Below, one piece after another: positions 28,563-41,525 of a stretch of 64,000 nucleotides of DNA (position 1 is its first letter; each line of letters opens with the position of its first letter). The position numbers were made by a program, and so were the translations under genes. The stretch is taken from contig CAXHJY010001703.1 in NCBI GenBank assembly GCA_964016885.1, positions 6,138 to 70,137 of the forward strand, read 5' to 3'. The notes under the pieces were generated by a model. That model made no database searches, was not told the DNA's origin, and saw nothing but the letters and a program-made list of their open reading frames with translations. Source of the stretch: Eledone cirrhosa. Lineage: Eukaryota.

Positions 28563-30043
28563 GAGGGTGAGGAAAATGATGGTGATGATAATAACGGGGA
28601 TGAAGATAGTGGTGGTGATGTAGTTGGCTGTAGTGGTGGTGGTGATGGTGGTGATGGAGTTGGCTGTGGTGGTGGTGATGATGGAGTTGGCTGTAGTGGT
28701 GGTGATGATGGAGTTGGCTGTAGTGGTGGTGATGTAGTTGGCTGTAGTGGTGGTGGTGGTGGTGATGGAGTTGGCTGTGGTGGTGGTGATGATGGAGTTG
28801 GCTGTAGTGGTGGTGATGATGGCGTTGGCAGTGGTGGTGATGGTGGTGGTGGTGATGGAGTTGGCTGTGGTGGTGGTGGTGGTGGTGGTGATGGCGTTGG
28901 CAGTGGTGGTGATGGCGTTGGCAGTGGTGGTGGTGGTGGTGATGGCGTTGGCAGTGGTGGTGGTGGTGATGGCGTTGGCAGTGGTGGTGGTGGTGATGGC
29001 GTTGGCAGTGGTGGTGGTGGTGGTGGTGGTGATGGCGTTGGCAGTGGTGGTGATGGCGTTGGCAGTGGTGGTGGTGGTGGTGGTGATGGCGTTGGCAGTG
29101 GTGGTGGTGATGGCGTTGGCAGTGGTGGTGATGGCGTTGGCAGTGGTGGTGGTCGTGGCGTTGGCAGTGGTGGTGATGGAGTTGGCAGTGGTGGTGGTGG
29201 TGGCGTTGGCAGTGGTGGTGGTGATGGCGTTGGCAGTGGTGGTGGTGGTGGTGATGGCGTTGGCAGTGGTGGTGGTGGTGATGGCGTTGGCAGTGGTGGT
29301 GGTGGTGATGGCGTTGGCAGTGGTGGTGGTGGTGGTGGTGGTGATGGCGTTGGCAGTGGTGGTGATGGCGTTGGCAGTGGTGGTGGTGGTGGTGGTGATG
29401 GCGTTGGCAGTGGTGGTGGTGATGGCGTTGGCAGTGGTGGTGATGGCGTTGGCAGTGGTGGTGGTCGTGGCGTTGGCAGTGGTGGTGATGGAGTTGGCAG
29501 TGGTGGTGGTGGTGGCGTTGGCAGTGGTGGTGGTGATGGCGTTGGCAGTGGTGGTGATGGCGTTGGCAGTGGTGGTGGTGGTGGTGGTGGTGATGGCGTT
29601 GGCAGTGGTGGTCGTGGCGTTGGCAGTGGTGGTGATGGCGTTGGCAGTGGTGGTGGTGGAGTTGGCAGTGGTGGTGATGGAGTTGGCAGTGGTGGTGATG
29701 GAGTTGGCAGTGGTGGTGGTGGTGATGCAGTTGATTGTGGTGGTGGTGGTGATGGAGTTGACAGTGGTGGTGGTGGTGATGGAGTTGATTGTGGTGGTGG
29801 TGGTGATGGAGTTGATTGTGGTGGTGGTGGTGGTGGTGGTGGTGATGGTGGTGATGCAGTTGATTGTGGTGGTGGTGGTGATGGAGTTGACAGTGGTGGT
29901 GATGCAGTTGATTGTGGTGGTGGTGGTGATGGAGTTGACAGTGGTGGTGGTGGTGATGGAGTTGACAGTGGTGGTGGTGGTGATGGAGTTGACAGTGGTG
30001 GTGGTGGTGATGGAGTTGACAGTGGTGGTGGTGATGATGATGA
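28520..30043. repeat. (GGT)n-based minisatellite, unit GATGGCGTTGGCAGT(GGT)n
   Basis: Directly visible. Unit variants change along the array, with an apparent ~300 bp higher-order duplication. Confidence 0.95.
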
Positions 30044-31148
30044 TATAAGCAAGAGGAGTTAATTGTGTGGTATCCCTAATGATATTGATATAAGAGTTAA
30101 TTAGCTGAATCCCCTAATGGTGTTGACGATAGTGATGATGATATAAGCAAGGGGAGTTAATTATCTGACAAACCTGATGATAATAATTAAACCTCTACTA
30201 CCACGACACACATTGTCTCCTACTACTACTACCACCACAAATGTCACCTCCTTCTTCTCCTCCCCCTACGACTACAACCACCACAGTGTCTCCTCCTTCT
30301 CCCACCACTACTGCCTCCCCTCCTCATAACATAAGGTAATCTTTTTTGAACACCATTACATTACCAAATAGTAGTCAACTAACTGGTGATGGAGGAGACA
30401 GAGAGAAGGAGATATGTAGATAGGCAGAGAGAGAGGGCCGGCGGGCATGAGTGTGAATTATATGGATGTATGTTCTCTCTCAATACCAGTAGGTTCAACT
30501 CAATAGGGTTATTCACAAAATTAGCATTGTGTCTAAGAGAAAAGTTTCTTTCATATCTTCTCTCCCTTATTTCTGGGAGGGTTGTGGGATCAGAGTCCTC
30601 AAACACTCCTTCCAGCAGGTCCTGTCAGAAGCAGCCATTTCCGATTGATCCATCTTGATCCCCAAACGAGGCCAGCCAAGCTCATGGATCTTATCCAACC
30701 ATCTTGCTTGGTGGGGAGGGAGGAGGGGGGGGGGGGGTCTATCCCTGGTTGGTTTTGCCCATAAAATCTGTCCAGCAATTCTTTACTGAGACATTCTGAC
30801 CACATGTCTGCAGTATCAGAGCTGTAATCTCACAATTCAGAGAAGTAGTGGGTCTACCTGGAGTGACTCTCCGATCTTTGAGTTATGCACTCTATCGAAT
30901 AACATTACTCCAAAGACCCTTCAGGGGGGACCCCATTTCGGCTGCTTGTATTCACAATTGTATTTTTTCAGTTATTATTTAAGATTCATGACCAGAGGTA
31001 AGAGTTGGTACGAATACAAATATACAAATGCGAAATTTGTTCTGTATTTTTAAATCATACGTTAATAACTATTTTTATTTTTAAAATTATTACTTATTTC
31101 ATTAGTTTGTATAAGAACCATGAAATTATCATTATTTAATCTATGTAA

Positions 31149-31342
31149 GGGCGGTGGAATGGCAGTATCGGTAGAGAGTCGGACGCCATGCTTTCCAGCA
31201 TAGTTACGTCCCTTTACGGTTTGAGTTCAAATCCCGCCGAGATTCACTTTGCCTTTCATCCTTACGGGGTCGATAAAATAAAGTACCAGTAATGCACTGG
31301 GTAATTGCTGGCCTTGTGCCAAAACAGTAGAAACAATTATTT
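31149..31342 (+). mobile_element. SINE of a second family (Meta-SINE-like central motif)
   Basis: TGGCAGTATCGG A-box, GAGTTCAAATCC B-box and GCCTTTCATCCTTACGGGGTCGATAAA...GTACC. Near-identical inverted copy at 48046-48233. Confidence 0.8.
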
Positions 31343-31374
31343 AATCTATGTAACATTACCTAAAGTTACAACAG

Positions 31375-31980
31375 GGGCAAAAGTATACTCTCCAAATCAA
31401 CCTGACAAAGACTAAGGTCCTAGTAAATAGAAAACAGAACCTTGATCCCCTCAGGGAAATGTAAGTAGGAACTCCATCATCTATCCCAAATGCAAATTAT
31501 GGGTACACAAGAGATGTAGTGGGATCTCTGGAAATTTAGCTAAGAATGTAGGCTTTACATGAAGTGGTTGCACTGGGACAGTAAACAACAAACGACCACA
31601 GAAACAAGCACTATTAATTTCTGGTAAAGCTCGGTAGAAACAGGAGACAGCTTCTGCAGTCATCTCTCTTGCACACCACATCAGATTCTTCTTATGCCAA
31701 GTTTTTCTCTCAACTCACATTATATATCAGCTGGAATATACTCACTTCATAATTCTAGTCTTTGCAGGTCTTCTGCAGTCAGTTCGCACATAGGCATCAT
31801 ACAGTCTATCTTTCACTCTGAGAGAGAAGCCTTTTGTTGGCAGCAGAACTTCTTCCAGGTCATTCTTACTTTAGTTATACACTATCTGATCATCTCCCAC
31901 TGCAGAGTAGATCACCAAGGTAACAAAATCTATCAACAACTTCTAGGGAGCTGCCTGAGCAATTGAGGAAATCTGTTTTA
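31375..31980. mobile_element. Degenerate RTE fragments in both orientations
   Basis: 31375-31580 (+) resembles INL.KTKVL...WVHKRCSG. 31640-31960 resembles the reverse complement of the downstream RTE region. Confidence 0.6.
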
Positions 31981-32898
31981 TATGTGCTCTTAGTCCTTAC
32001 TGTATTTTGTAGCTTATTAGACAAATCCCACCCCCTATAAAGTGTATCTAAAGACCATTCTGCATCCTGTAAAGTAATGGTGAGTCATGGGAATTATAAA
32101 TTTGGAGTGAGGTTTTCATGCCAAAATAAAGTGTTCAGAAGGTGAGCACTATTGTGTGCTTAAACCAACCCAAACTATTTCTGTACTCAAAATTACATAT
32201 ATATGATTCAAACTTTGTGCTCCATCTTGGTTTATGTTGAACTAGCTGAGCTACCCGGTGATTCACAGGTATTTTATTAAAGTTACACACGTCCATATAC
32301 CCACCTCTCTTCCCTCCAAAGGCCCCATGATGGCGACATGACTAAAAGCGCCCAGCCCAGACTGTAAATGTGGTTGATGTTAGGAAGGGCATCCAGCCAT
32401 AGAAACCAAGCTAAAATCTGTTCTGTATGAACAAGACATAGTCATGACCTCGACTTGCCCCAAATAGGACAACTCCACTAACCCATGCTAGCATGGAAAA
32501 TGAATGTTAAACAGTGATGATGATGATGATATATATCATATTTATCCAATTAAGAACTGCTACTGACCAAGGTTACTACCATTCTCACTACCAGCTTCAC
32601 AGATAAACTGCAACACACCAACTGTATTGATTAGCAATAAATCTCAAAGAGAAACAGCCAATTGATGTTCAAAGAACTTCCTACCATTGCCATTGGCACC
32701 ATCACATTTACACTCTTTTAATCTTTTACTGGTTTCACTCAATAAAATGTGACCATGCTGGGGCACCAACTTCAAGTGATTTAGACGATCTTTTTCAAGC
32801 CTACTACTTATTTTATTAATCTCTTTTATCAAATTGCTCAAGTTTAACAAACAGTAAATATAAAAACACAGGCATATTCCACCCCATACATATATATA

Positions 32899-33271
32899 CT
32901 CTTGAGTCTCAAATAATCATGCCTCACCCCCGTTTATAAATCTTTTAAATTTTTTTCTAACACCCCTACTCCTGCCTCACATTAAATTTTGCTAATCTAT
33001 CTCCGGCGGAATTTCATTTTAAGTGGTAGCATCCCTGCATCGATTGATTTTCTTTATACATTAAAAAACATTAACATGACAAAAAAAGTACATAACTGGA
33101 AACCCCAAATGTTATAAAATAAATATGATGGGTTGGAGTCTCAATATGTAAACTAAATGACAAATTCTGGTTTTTTAAAAAAAATCAATGGGGACAATCT
33201 AGAAATATTACTCATTTTCCACCCCACCTCCACTTATTCCATCCCCACCCCCATTATTTGGAACCCGAGAG
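32899..33271 (+). mobile_element. MITE with TA flanks
   Basis: Imperfect TIRs CTCTTGAGTCTCAAATAAT / ATTATTTGGAACCCGAGAG. Related copies at 38641-39003 and 43217-43507. Confidence 0.7.
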
Positions 33272-33524
33272 TATGACACAGTTTTCGTCTACCAAATTTT
33301 ATTCACAAAGCATTAATCAGCCAAAGACGCTTACTCAAGTGGTACTGAACATGACCATACAGCAATACCTGCACCAATATATTTCTAGAAAGTTGTATTT
33401 ACAATCATTCCATACAATCAAATGTAGTTATATTCAACCCCAAATATAAAATAATTTCCCTACATGGTTGCTTCTTCTGCTAGATATACCACCCAAATCT
33501 ACCTCTAATCATATCTTACCATCT

Positions 33525-33960
33525 TAAACCTATTACCTTATTTCTATTAAAAGACACTGACTATAATTTTCAATTAATTTTGAAAATAATCAATAATATA
33601 GAGGGATTTAGTAATACAACTAACTTTCTTATTATCTAACTGGTGTTTGGAAAATAACTTAATAAAGGTTTTTACATAAAATTATGATGGAAGGTTTTTA
33701 GATAAATATAAACATGTAAACTCATTCCTTACCATATTTCTAATGAGATGCTACATATAGTTTTCCAAATAATTTTGAAAAATAATTAAGAATTTTGAGG
33801 GATTTAATAAATAACTAACTTTCTCATTATTACAATGGTGTTTCCAACATAACCCTTTTATTAACAAGCTGCCTGAAACCACCCCTGGTTCTATAATACA
33901 AATCTGTTTATTTTAAAGTGTTTATATTTTTCTTAAAAACCTTTCATAGGGAGAGACAGA
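33525..33960. repeat. Fragments of an AT-rich dispersed repeat, possibly a TTAA-type MITE (related to 1561-1800 and 34290-34385)
   Basis: Shared AAAATTATGATGGAAGGTTTTTAGATAAAT and CTGCCTGAAAC motifs. TTAACC-like terminus at 1561. Confidence 0.5.
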
Positions 33961-34861
33961 GGCAGTGAGAGTTTGGTTCCATTGTGATCCGACCTGATAT
34001 ATATGTATATATTTATTTACCACACCACATATATGGCAAATTGGCAGAGTCATTAAGACATCGAATAGAAAGTGTGCTCTGAGTTCAAATCCCACTGTGG
34101 TCAACTTTGCCTTTCATCCTTTCGAGGTTGATAAAAAATGTACCAGTCCAGTACTGGGGTTGATTCTTCCTCTATAGAAAAAAATCAGCTGTGTTCAGAC
34201 CTGGAGAGGGTTGGGCTCCACCAGGTTTAAAAGTGCCCTAGGCACGTCATATGATGGTGCCTCTACAACACCACAAGGAGTTATGGGATCTTTATATACA
34301 TTCATATATTTTATGAAAGCACCTTCATTAAGTTATGTTTGAAACACAAGTTTAATAATAAGAGAGTTATTTTACTAAATCCATTGGTAAGTCACTATTA
34401 TGTTTAGAAGAATATTCAAAAGAAGTTGTAGGTAGGATTTAGTAAAAGAATTTTGGTGTGTCTATTTATCATTCTGATTATGACCAAACATCCTTAGATA
34501 GATTAAGAAAGATAGTAGGCAGTGCTGGCAAATGTTTCCAAATCTATTTGGCAACACTTGACCATTACCAGAATAATAAACAAACACATCAAAATTCTTT
34601 CACTAATTCTTGGCCATTACTCCTGTTAACATTCTTCAGGATCTAGCACAATACAAAATATGATAGGATATTCATTGCCTCAGTCTCCCTCTCACCATTC
34701 TTCTAAACTTGATGACTTACTAACAAGGCAATTCCTTCATGTATAAAACCATACCACTTAAAACACCTCCCATAAGTTAAAACACACACATCTGGTACAC
34801 TATTACAAATAGATTCACCACAACCTACTACTACCTAACTAACAGACACTCAGTCGGTTAC

Positions 34862-35165
34862 AACAGTGAGTGTTCCAGTTGATCTGATCAACGGAACAGC
34901 CTGCTCGTGGAATTAACATGCAAGTGGCTGAGCATTTCAGACTTGCGCACTCTTAACGTAGTTCTCAGGGAGATTCAGCGTGACACAGAATGGAATGTGA
35001 CAAGGCAGACTCTTAGAATTACAGGTACAACTCATTTTTTGCCAGCTGAGTGGACTAGAGCAACATGAAATAAAGTGTCTTGCTCAAGGACAACACACCG
35101 CCGGGAATCGAACTCATGAAATTACAATTGTGAGCCGAATACCCTAACTACAAAGCCACATGCCT
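34862..35165 (-). mobile_element. tRNA-derived SINE
   Basis: Minus-strand head and GTCCTTGAGCAAGACACTT. The body is shared with 42835-43145 (+) and 43762-44025 (-). Confidence 0.8.
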
Positions 35166-36319
35166 TCCCTACTTCTGCTATTAATACTACCCAAATTGAC
35201 CAGAAGATGCAGCCAAATGAAGCAACCAAGCCAGAACTTTGAATTCACTGCTACTTTCCTGCTCAGAAAATATATAGATGTATATCATTTAACATCTGCC
35301 CCCCCCCCCCCCATTATCAAGGGTTGGACATATTGGAAATCCCCCTCCTCCACACACACATTTATATATTCTTCTATTTGTCAGTCATTAGACTGTGGTC
35401 AAGCAGGAACACTGCCTTGATTTATTCGATCTTATTGACACAAGTACTTATTTTTTCAAGATTGGTTTGTATTTTATCAATCTCTTTATTGTCAAACCAC
35501 TAAGTCACGAAACATAAACACAGACACACACACACAGAGTCATCATTATTGTTCAACATCCGTTTTCCCTGCTAGCAGGGGTTGAACATGTATGACAGAC
35601 CAGTCAGCATTCAAGCAAAGCTTTTGACGTCTAGGAGAGTCAGGCCCAATATACAATCCCACACTCTACCAAGTGCATCAACACAAGGGGGGTTATGTCT
35701 ATCACACAGCTGAAGAGTCCTCCCGACACTATGTTAAGCAAGTTGTCTGTGACTGGATGACCTTCTTCCTATCACTAACCACTTTACAGAGTGTACTAGG
35801 TGCGTTTATCATGTAATTTATCAACAGTAGATAAGTTGTCATGCCACCGATTCAACTATGAGTCCTCTTGACCTCTTTGGTATGGTTTCTACAGCAGGGT
35901 ACCAACCACCCTGTAGGGTGTATGGGTGCATTTATTGTGGCGCCATCACTAGAAGCTTGTTGTCATTGACTCAACTCAAGAGCTCTTTGTACTCTACAGA
36001 GAGGGATGTAGTGTTGCTAAGTGTAGGGAGATTTAAGTGAGTGAGGGTTGATGGATGTGATTGAGGGGGGGGGGCATCTGGCAATGTGGAAAATAATATA
36101 GTGGTAACAGCTACTAGGAGGCCATGACTTGTGTCAGTATTCAGGGAAGTATCTAGAGTCGAGTGGGAGGATAGGTGGATGGTAACCCTGGGTAGTGTAG
36201 TGGTATGGGTGTACAGTGATACTGAAAATAGCTACTACAAGAGAGAAGATGGAGGTTTGTGGATGAGGGTGCAGTAATATCAAAAAATAATTTCTACGAG
36301 TTCCCCCCCCCCCCCCTCA

Positions 36320-36740
36320 CAGAAATTTTTCTGCACTTCTTTATAAGCTGTCATCTTCCATATACATCACATGTCCATACCAGTGCACTCTTTTCTCTTG
36401 CACACTACATCCAGTTCCTCTTATGCCAAGTTTTTTCTCTCAGCTTACTTAAGCTATCGTTCATGCACACTAACATTACATATCCATCAGAGCATACTCA
36501 TTTCATTTCTTTCTAGCCTTCTCAGGTCTTCTGCAGTCAGGGCCCATGTCTCATTGCTATATAGCAATGCAGTTCACATTCATTCTGGGAAACAAGCCCT
36601 ATGTTGTCAGCAGAGGCACCAACTCCCTAAACTTCTTCCAGCTTGTTATCACTCTGGTTATCACACTTTCAGAGCATCCCCCTCCCCCAACTGCTGATTA
36701 CCTCACCTATGGATGGAATGGCTCTTCCAGTTCATCTGCT
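36320..36740 (-). mobile_element. Degenerate RTE LINE fragment
   Basis: CATCACATGTCCATACC, AACTCCCTAAACTTCTTCCA and CTTTCAGAGCATCCCCC match the RTE minus-strand pattern at 60700-61050. Confidence 0.7.
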
Positions 36741-38640
36741 TTACCATCCTCCGGGGAAATGGCTTCTCGATTCTGTCCGCCGGGGCTGTGTGTGTGTGGG
36801 GGGGGGGGGGGGCAGCACGTGGGACTCCATTTGCTCATAATAGAGAGATGGGGAGGGTGAGAGAGATGGGGGCGATGACAGTGGGAGTTTGGCTCTTCCG
36901 TGTTCGGACACATTGCACCTGTCATGTGGATCATGTGATATTTTTCTAGAAATCTGTAGCACAACTGACTTTGATAGCACACAGATTGATAATGTGAAAC
37001 TGTTTAAATGTATGAAGCATTCCTGGTCCTCTCTAATAAAATTTATTATACATATCCCTAACAACAAAAAAAAAAAAGTAACAAAAGATGTGAACAACTT
37101 CTAGGAAGCCTCCCTTGCAGCTGAGGGAATCGATTTTACGTGTGCTCTTAGTACTTACATTTTTTGTGCATCTGCAGCATATAAAGTCTATCTTCTACGT
37201 TAACCTGCCAGCAATTCCACTACATCTCTTGTGTGTTTATAGATTACACTGTATACACTATACGGAGTTTATGGCCAATCGTTTTTTAGGTTAGAGTAGA
37301 TGACACTTGTCCAAGGACCCACACAGCAACACTTAAACCCAGAACCACATGGTTGTTAAGCGAACAACCCACCCACCCATATCTGCGCCTATATCATCAT
37401 TTAATATCCACTTTCTCTGCTAGCAAGGATTGGACATACTATACAAACTAAGAGTGGTAGAGAGCGAAAGAGAGACAGGAAAGGAGGGATGGGAAAGAAA
37501 AAGGGATAGAGGTAGTGGAGGTAAAGTAAAACGAAAGAGGAGGGTATAAGTAAAACGGAATAGGGTGCAGAGAAAGGTGATGGATAAATCATGAAGAGAT
37601 TAGACAGGATAATGTGTGTGTCAATCACGACTTAAGAAGTTGGAATTAAATAAATAACAACTAATGAGTCAAGTAGAAACTGTAACTTAGGACAACATGA
37701 TGGTTGAAGCTTATCTTACATAGCAACAATGACTGTAACATAGAGATGTCACGATGATGTCGCCGATCGTTCTCGAGGAAAAAACGGTGGCCCAGTATTA
37801 ATCGCTGAATTCTACCAGCCACACATTTAATTTCAAATAATTGGGCTTCAAATGTGAGATTAGGAATATGGGATTAAACGAGGACCCAGTAGAATCCAGC
37901 AATTGCTAATGAGCTACATTGTTTTCTCGAGAACAACCAGCGACATCGAGATATCAAATTACTTTCACTTCTTTGTTTATTTTTACATCGTAAAATATGA
38001 TTCAACACATCACATTACCACACGAAGATTATTATTGTGGTTCTTGTTGTTATATCTAATGTTCCCCACGATGCCAACTTTTAAATTTGTGTTGCCTTTC
38101 ATCTTTGTATTATTGTAGTTATATCGGTGTATATTGTACTTATGTTAAATTGAGTTATCTCCCCTTTTCACAATAAACTAGGTCGTTATAATCGCATAAA
38201 ACCCATTGAAGACGGTGCCCCAGCATGGCCACTGTCCAATATATTCACACCGAAAGAAAGAAGTATGTATGTCGGTAATTAGATCATTGTTTAATTGGGA
38301 GGAGTTCCAAATATAATTAAACAATGAAACTGTTCTTTTATAATGAAATAAGCAAGTTGAAAATTTCATTAGAAATATGGTAATGAAAGGGTTAAGTAAT
38401 CATATTGATGGCCTCCCCACAGCCCCGGCGGACAGAATGGAGAAGGCGTTTCCCCGGAGGATGGTAAGGGAGATGAAATAAGTATAGTTGGTACTATACT
38501 CAGATGCCGAGGTGTCACACTCGGTTACGCGGAGTGGAGTCTGGTACCTTACAGGACTGCATGCACCTATTGTTTTGTTTTTATTTAAAGGTGAAGGAGT
38601 ACTTGCTACTTTAAAATTTTTATTTTTTAAATTAGGTAAT

Positions 38641-39003
38641 TTCAGGTCTCAAATAATGCCCCCACCGCCACCCGCTTATTAATTTTTCAGATTTTTTCAC
38701 CACCACCCCCTCCGTTTATTAAATTTTACTAATCTATTTCCGTCGAAATTTTATTTTAAGTGGTAGCATTCCTGCGACAATTAATACTCTTTAGACATTA
38801 GAAAATATTATACATGACAAAAAACAACAAAAAACCCAGAACATTACAAGAAATTCTATATGTTATAAATAAATAGGATGGGTTGGGGCTTTAATATGTA
38901 AACTAAACGACTAATTCTGGTTTTTAAAAAAAATTAAGGGAGACAACCTAGAAAAAATTGTCAATTTTCCAACCCCCAACACCTATTATTTGAGCCCTGA
39001 GAA
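38641..39003 (+). mobile_element. MITE copy (32899 family)
   Basis: Colinear similarity with 32899-33271. Confidence 0.7.
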
Positions 39004-39280
39004 TATCATATAAAATTATTAACAAAGTAATTTAGAACTAACGATACATATACAAACACACAAAACGTGCTCGACTCTGTAAACTCGTTAAGACATTCAA
39101 CCTGTACTGTAGAGGATTTGATGCTATAATGGAGAGAGTGCGTTGTATGGCACAGACAACTTTAAACAAATCATTTCTGCTGGTTGGTCAGTAAATCAAT
39201 TGTACACCCTGGCATCTTGTGTGTATTTTAAATACTACAAAAGGTTTGAAAATATATATAAGTCATAGCATACATGTTTT

Positions 39281-39613
39281 ATATATGGGGGGCGGGGGTC
39301 ATGTTGCCAAAATTGTCAACAAAAACACACGCACTCCTGTTTTCACTCCTGGTTTATTATTAGTTAATCGTTATTTCGTCAAAGTTCTTTAGGCACACAT
39401 CATGTGACCTTCTCAATGACTATTTGTTTTTCTGTGCCTCTACTTCACTTTGCTCAAATAGGCATTGATGATGTCACAGAATGTGTGACTAAAGAACTTT
39501 GACGAACTAACGAATAATAGAACTGAAGTGAAAACAAACAGTGCATGTTGTTGTTGGCAATTTTGGCATCCCCAAATATAACACGATTTCACATCAAGAA
39601 TCTTGCAAAACGA
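39281..39613 (+). mobile_element. Old fold-back copy of the Penelope pLTR with decayed hammerheads
   Basis: Diverged inverted arms at about 39281-39426 and 39456-39580. TTGATGA-TGTCACA-GAATG-TGTGAC-TAAA-GAAC-TT-TGAC aligns with the hammerhead at 51724. The tail resembles 22389-22445. Confidence 0.75.
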
Positions 39614-39697
39614 TATATACATTATAGAAATGACTTGTACAAGACTAGAACTGTTTCATTCACAAGAATAGTGGACGCCTCCCAATTTACATCGGGG

Positions 39698-39736
<39 letters not shown>

Positions 39737-39778
39737 ATTCAAAATATTAATAAAAATAGACATTCGTGTGCTCAAGTA

Positions 39779-39845
39779 TATTTTATTATACATATTTCAG
39801 AGGTACTGAGCTATCTTCAACAGTACGTCCTCATCAGATGAAATA
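39779..39845 (-). ncRNA. Candidate type I hammerhead ribozyme
   Basis: Minus strand: TATTTCAT-CTGATGA-GGACGTACTG...CAGTACCTCT-GAAA-TATGTA-TA-ATAAAATA. Confidence 0.65.
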
Positions 39846-40082
39846 AGATGATGCATGACATACCCTGACATAGTAGATGGTTAAGATTGAGTCATGGTAG
39901 TGAATATGATATGACAAGACACAATAGCTGTCACAAAAGCTTTCTCACACGCACCCTCTGTATTATATGTAAGTTTTTTCATGTCTCAATCTTAAGGTAT
40001 ATAAATATTGTGTCTTGTCAAATATTCACTACCATGACTGAATCTTAACCATCTACTATGTCAGGGTAGTCATGCATCATCT

Positions 40083-40149
40083 TATTTTATCTGATGAGGA
40101 CGTACTGTTGAAGATAGCTCAGTACCAATGAAATATGTATAATAAAATA
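40083..40149 (+). ncRNA. Candidate type I hammerhead ribozyme (base of stem II damaged)
   Basis: TATTTTAT-CTGATGA-GGACGTACTG...CAGTACCAAT-GAAA-TATGTA-TA-ATAAAATA. Stem I is a perfect 8 bp. Confidence 0.55.
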
Positions 40150-40433
40150 TACTTGATCACACGAATGTCTATTTTTGTTAATATTTTGAATTAATTAATA
40201 TTAATAACTCCGGAAAACCATTTCTGTTGAGTGCTTCCAATTTATTGTAAAACTCATTCTTTGATTTATTCATTGAACTTTGTTTAACCTTTAAATATAT
40301 ATATATATATATATAAATGAAAATAGAGAAATTCATGTGAGCAAGAAGCCAACAGTATTTCATAATATATAAGTGATTATAACGTCAAAATGGAAAATAA
40401 TTAACGTAAGATATGGGAAAATAATTCAAACTC

Positions 40434-40472
<39 letters not shown>

Positions 40473-40571
40473 AGATGAGATTTTATTCACAGATTTTGTG
40501 AAATCCAGGGAAAAACCAACAGTCTTAACTCAGAATAAAATAAAGTTTAAATACTCATCCTTCAATTTGGA

Positions 40572-40629
40572 AAAACTACAAATGCTCTATATAGTCTTTT
40601 TTAAGACTATATAGAGCATTTGTAGTTTT
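40572..40629. repeat. Perfect 27 bp hairpin with a TTTT loop
   Basis: AAAACTACAAATGCTCTATATAGTCTT-TTTT-AAGACTATATAGAGCATTTGTAGTTTT. Confidence 0.9.
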
Positions 40630-41189
40630 CACAAAACTTTTCAGTGGGATTAGTCACGGTTGGAATCGTTCCTCAGTAGAGCTCAATCAAAAGTAGAGCG
40701 ATAATCAAAAGTTCCACTGCCAAAATATGCCAAAAAGGGAATTTAAAAGCAGGCTAGTTCACCTCGTGCGGAATTATGAAAATAAACACACATGGAGAGA
40801 CATGGCTGGTGACGTCAGAATGTCTATTTACAAGAAACAGCAGTCAAAAACATTTCGAAATAACTACAAAATGTAAGGAGTTCAGCAAAATAGCAATATT
40901 ATCGTGGTTTTTTTTTTTTTAAAAGACCGAGATTAGTCACAAATAATTTTAAGCACTCTAGGAAAAATTCCGAGTATAAATATAAATAAAAAAAAAATTA
41001 TATATATATATATATCACTGCCACTACTGGAATTGAATAAACAAAATCGTAGCGGTATGTCGCATATCCAATAATCCAATAAACGTACTTAAATACCATT
41101 GTACCTTTGAAATATGTATAAAATATATATTTTGGTTAAAATATATATTTTGGTTATGAGAATATTTTTCATTTATTAATATTTTGAAT

Positions 41190-41220
<31 letters not shown>

Positions 41221-41260
41221 CGATATTAACAAATGGAAACAATATTTATAAAACCATATT

Positions 41261-41325
41261 TATTTCATTATACATATTTCAAGGTCACCAAGTTAAATTA
41301 TGGTGAGCTTTCATCAGATAAAATA
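41261..41325 (-). ncRNA. Candidate type I hammerhead ribozyme
   Basis: Minus strand: TATTTTAT-CTGATGA-AAGCTCACCA-loop-TGGTGACCTT-GAAA-TATGTA-TA-ATGAAATA. Confidence 0.7.
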
Positions 41326-41460
41326 TAATATAGAGCAGTTTTATAAATAAATATTGACATACCCTTAAAGAATGCAACCATTACTGTTGGAAGCTCCAAC
41401 AGTAATGGTTGCATTCTGTAAGGGTATGTCAATATTTATTTATAAAACTGCTCTATATTA

Positions 41461-41525
41461 TATTTTATCTGATGAAAGCACACCATAATTTAACTTGGTG
41501 TCCTTGAAATATGTATAATGAAATA
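41461..41525 (+). ncRNA. Candidate type I hammerhead ribozyme
   Basis: TATTTTAT-CTGATGA-AAGCACACCA-loop-TGGTGTCCTT-GAAA-TATGTA-TA-ATGAAATA. Stem I has 8 bp and stem II pairs at 9 of 10 positions. Confidence 0.7.

Larger units (their letters stand above)
39736..40294 (+). mobile_element. Fold-back element (~190 bp arms) with a hammerhead in each arm and a tail
   Basis: Arms 39736-39926 and 40006-40192. The tail contains GTTGAGTGCT and ends at (TA)n. Confidence 0.85.

Noticed and set aside
40727-40876. Short ORF MPKREFKSRL... and a TGACGTCA site
   Set aside because: No recognisable homology or gene context, and a single CRE-like octamer is expected by chance.
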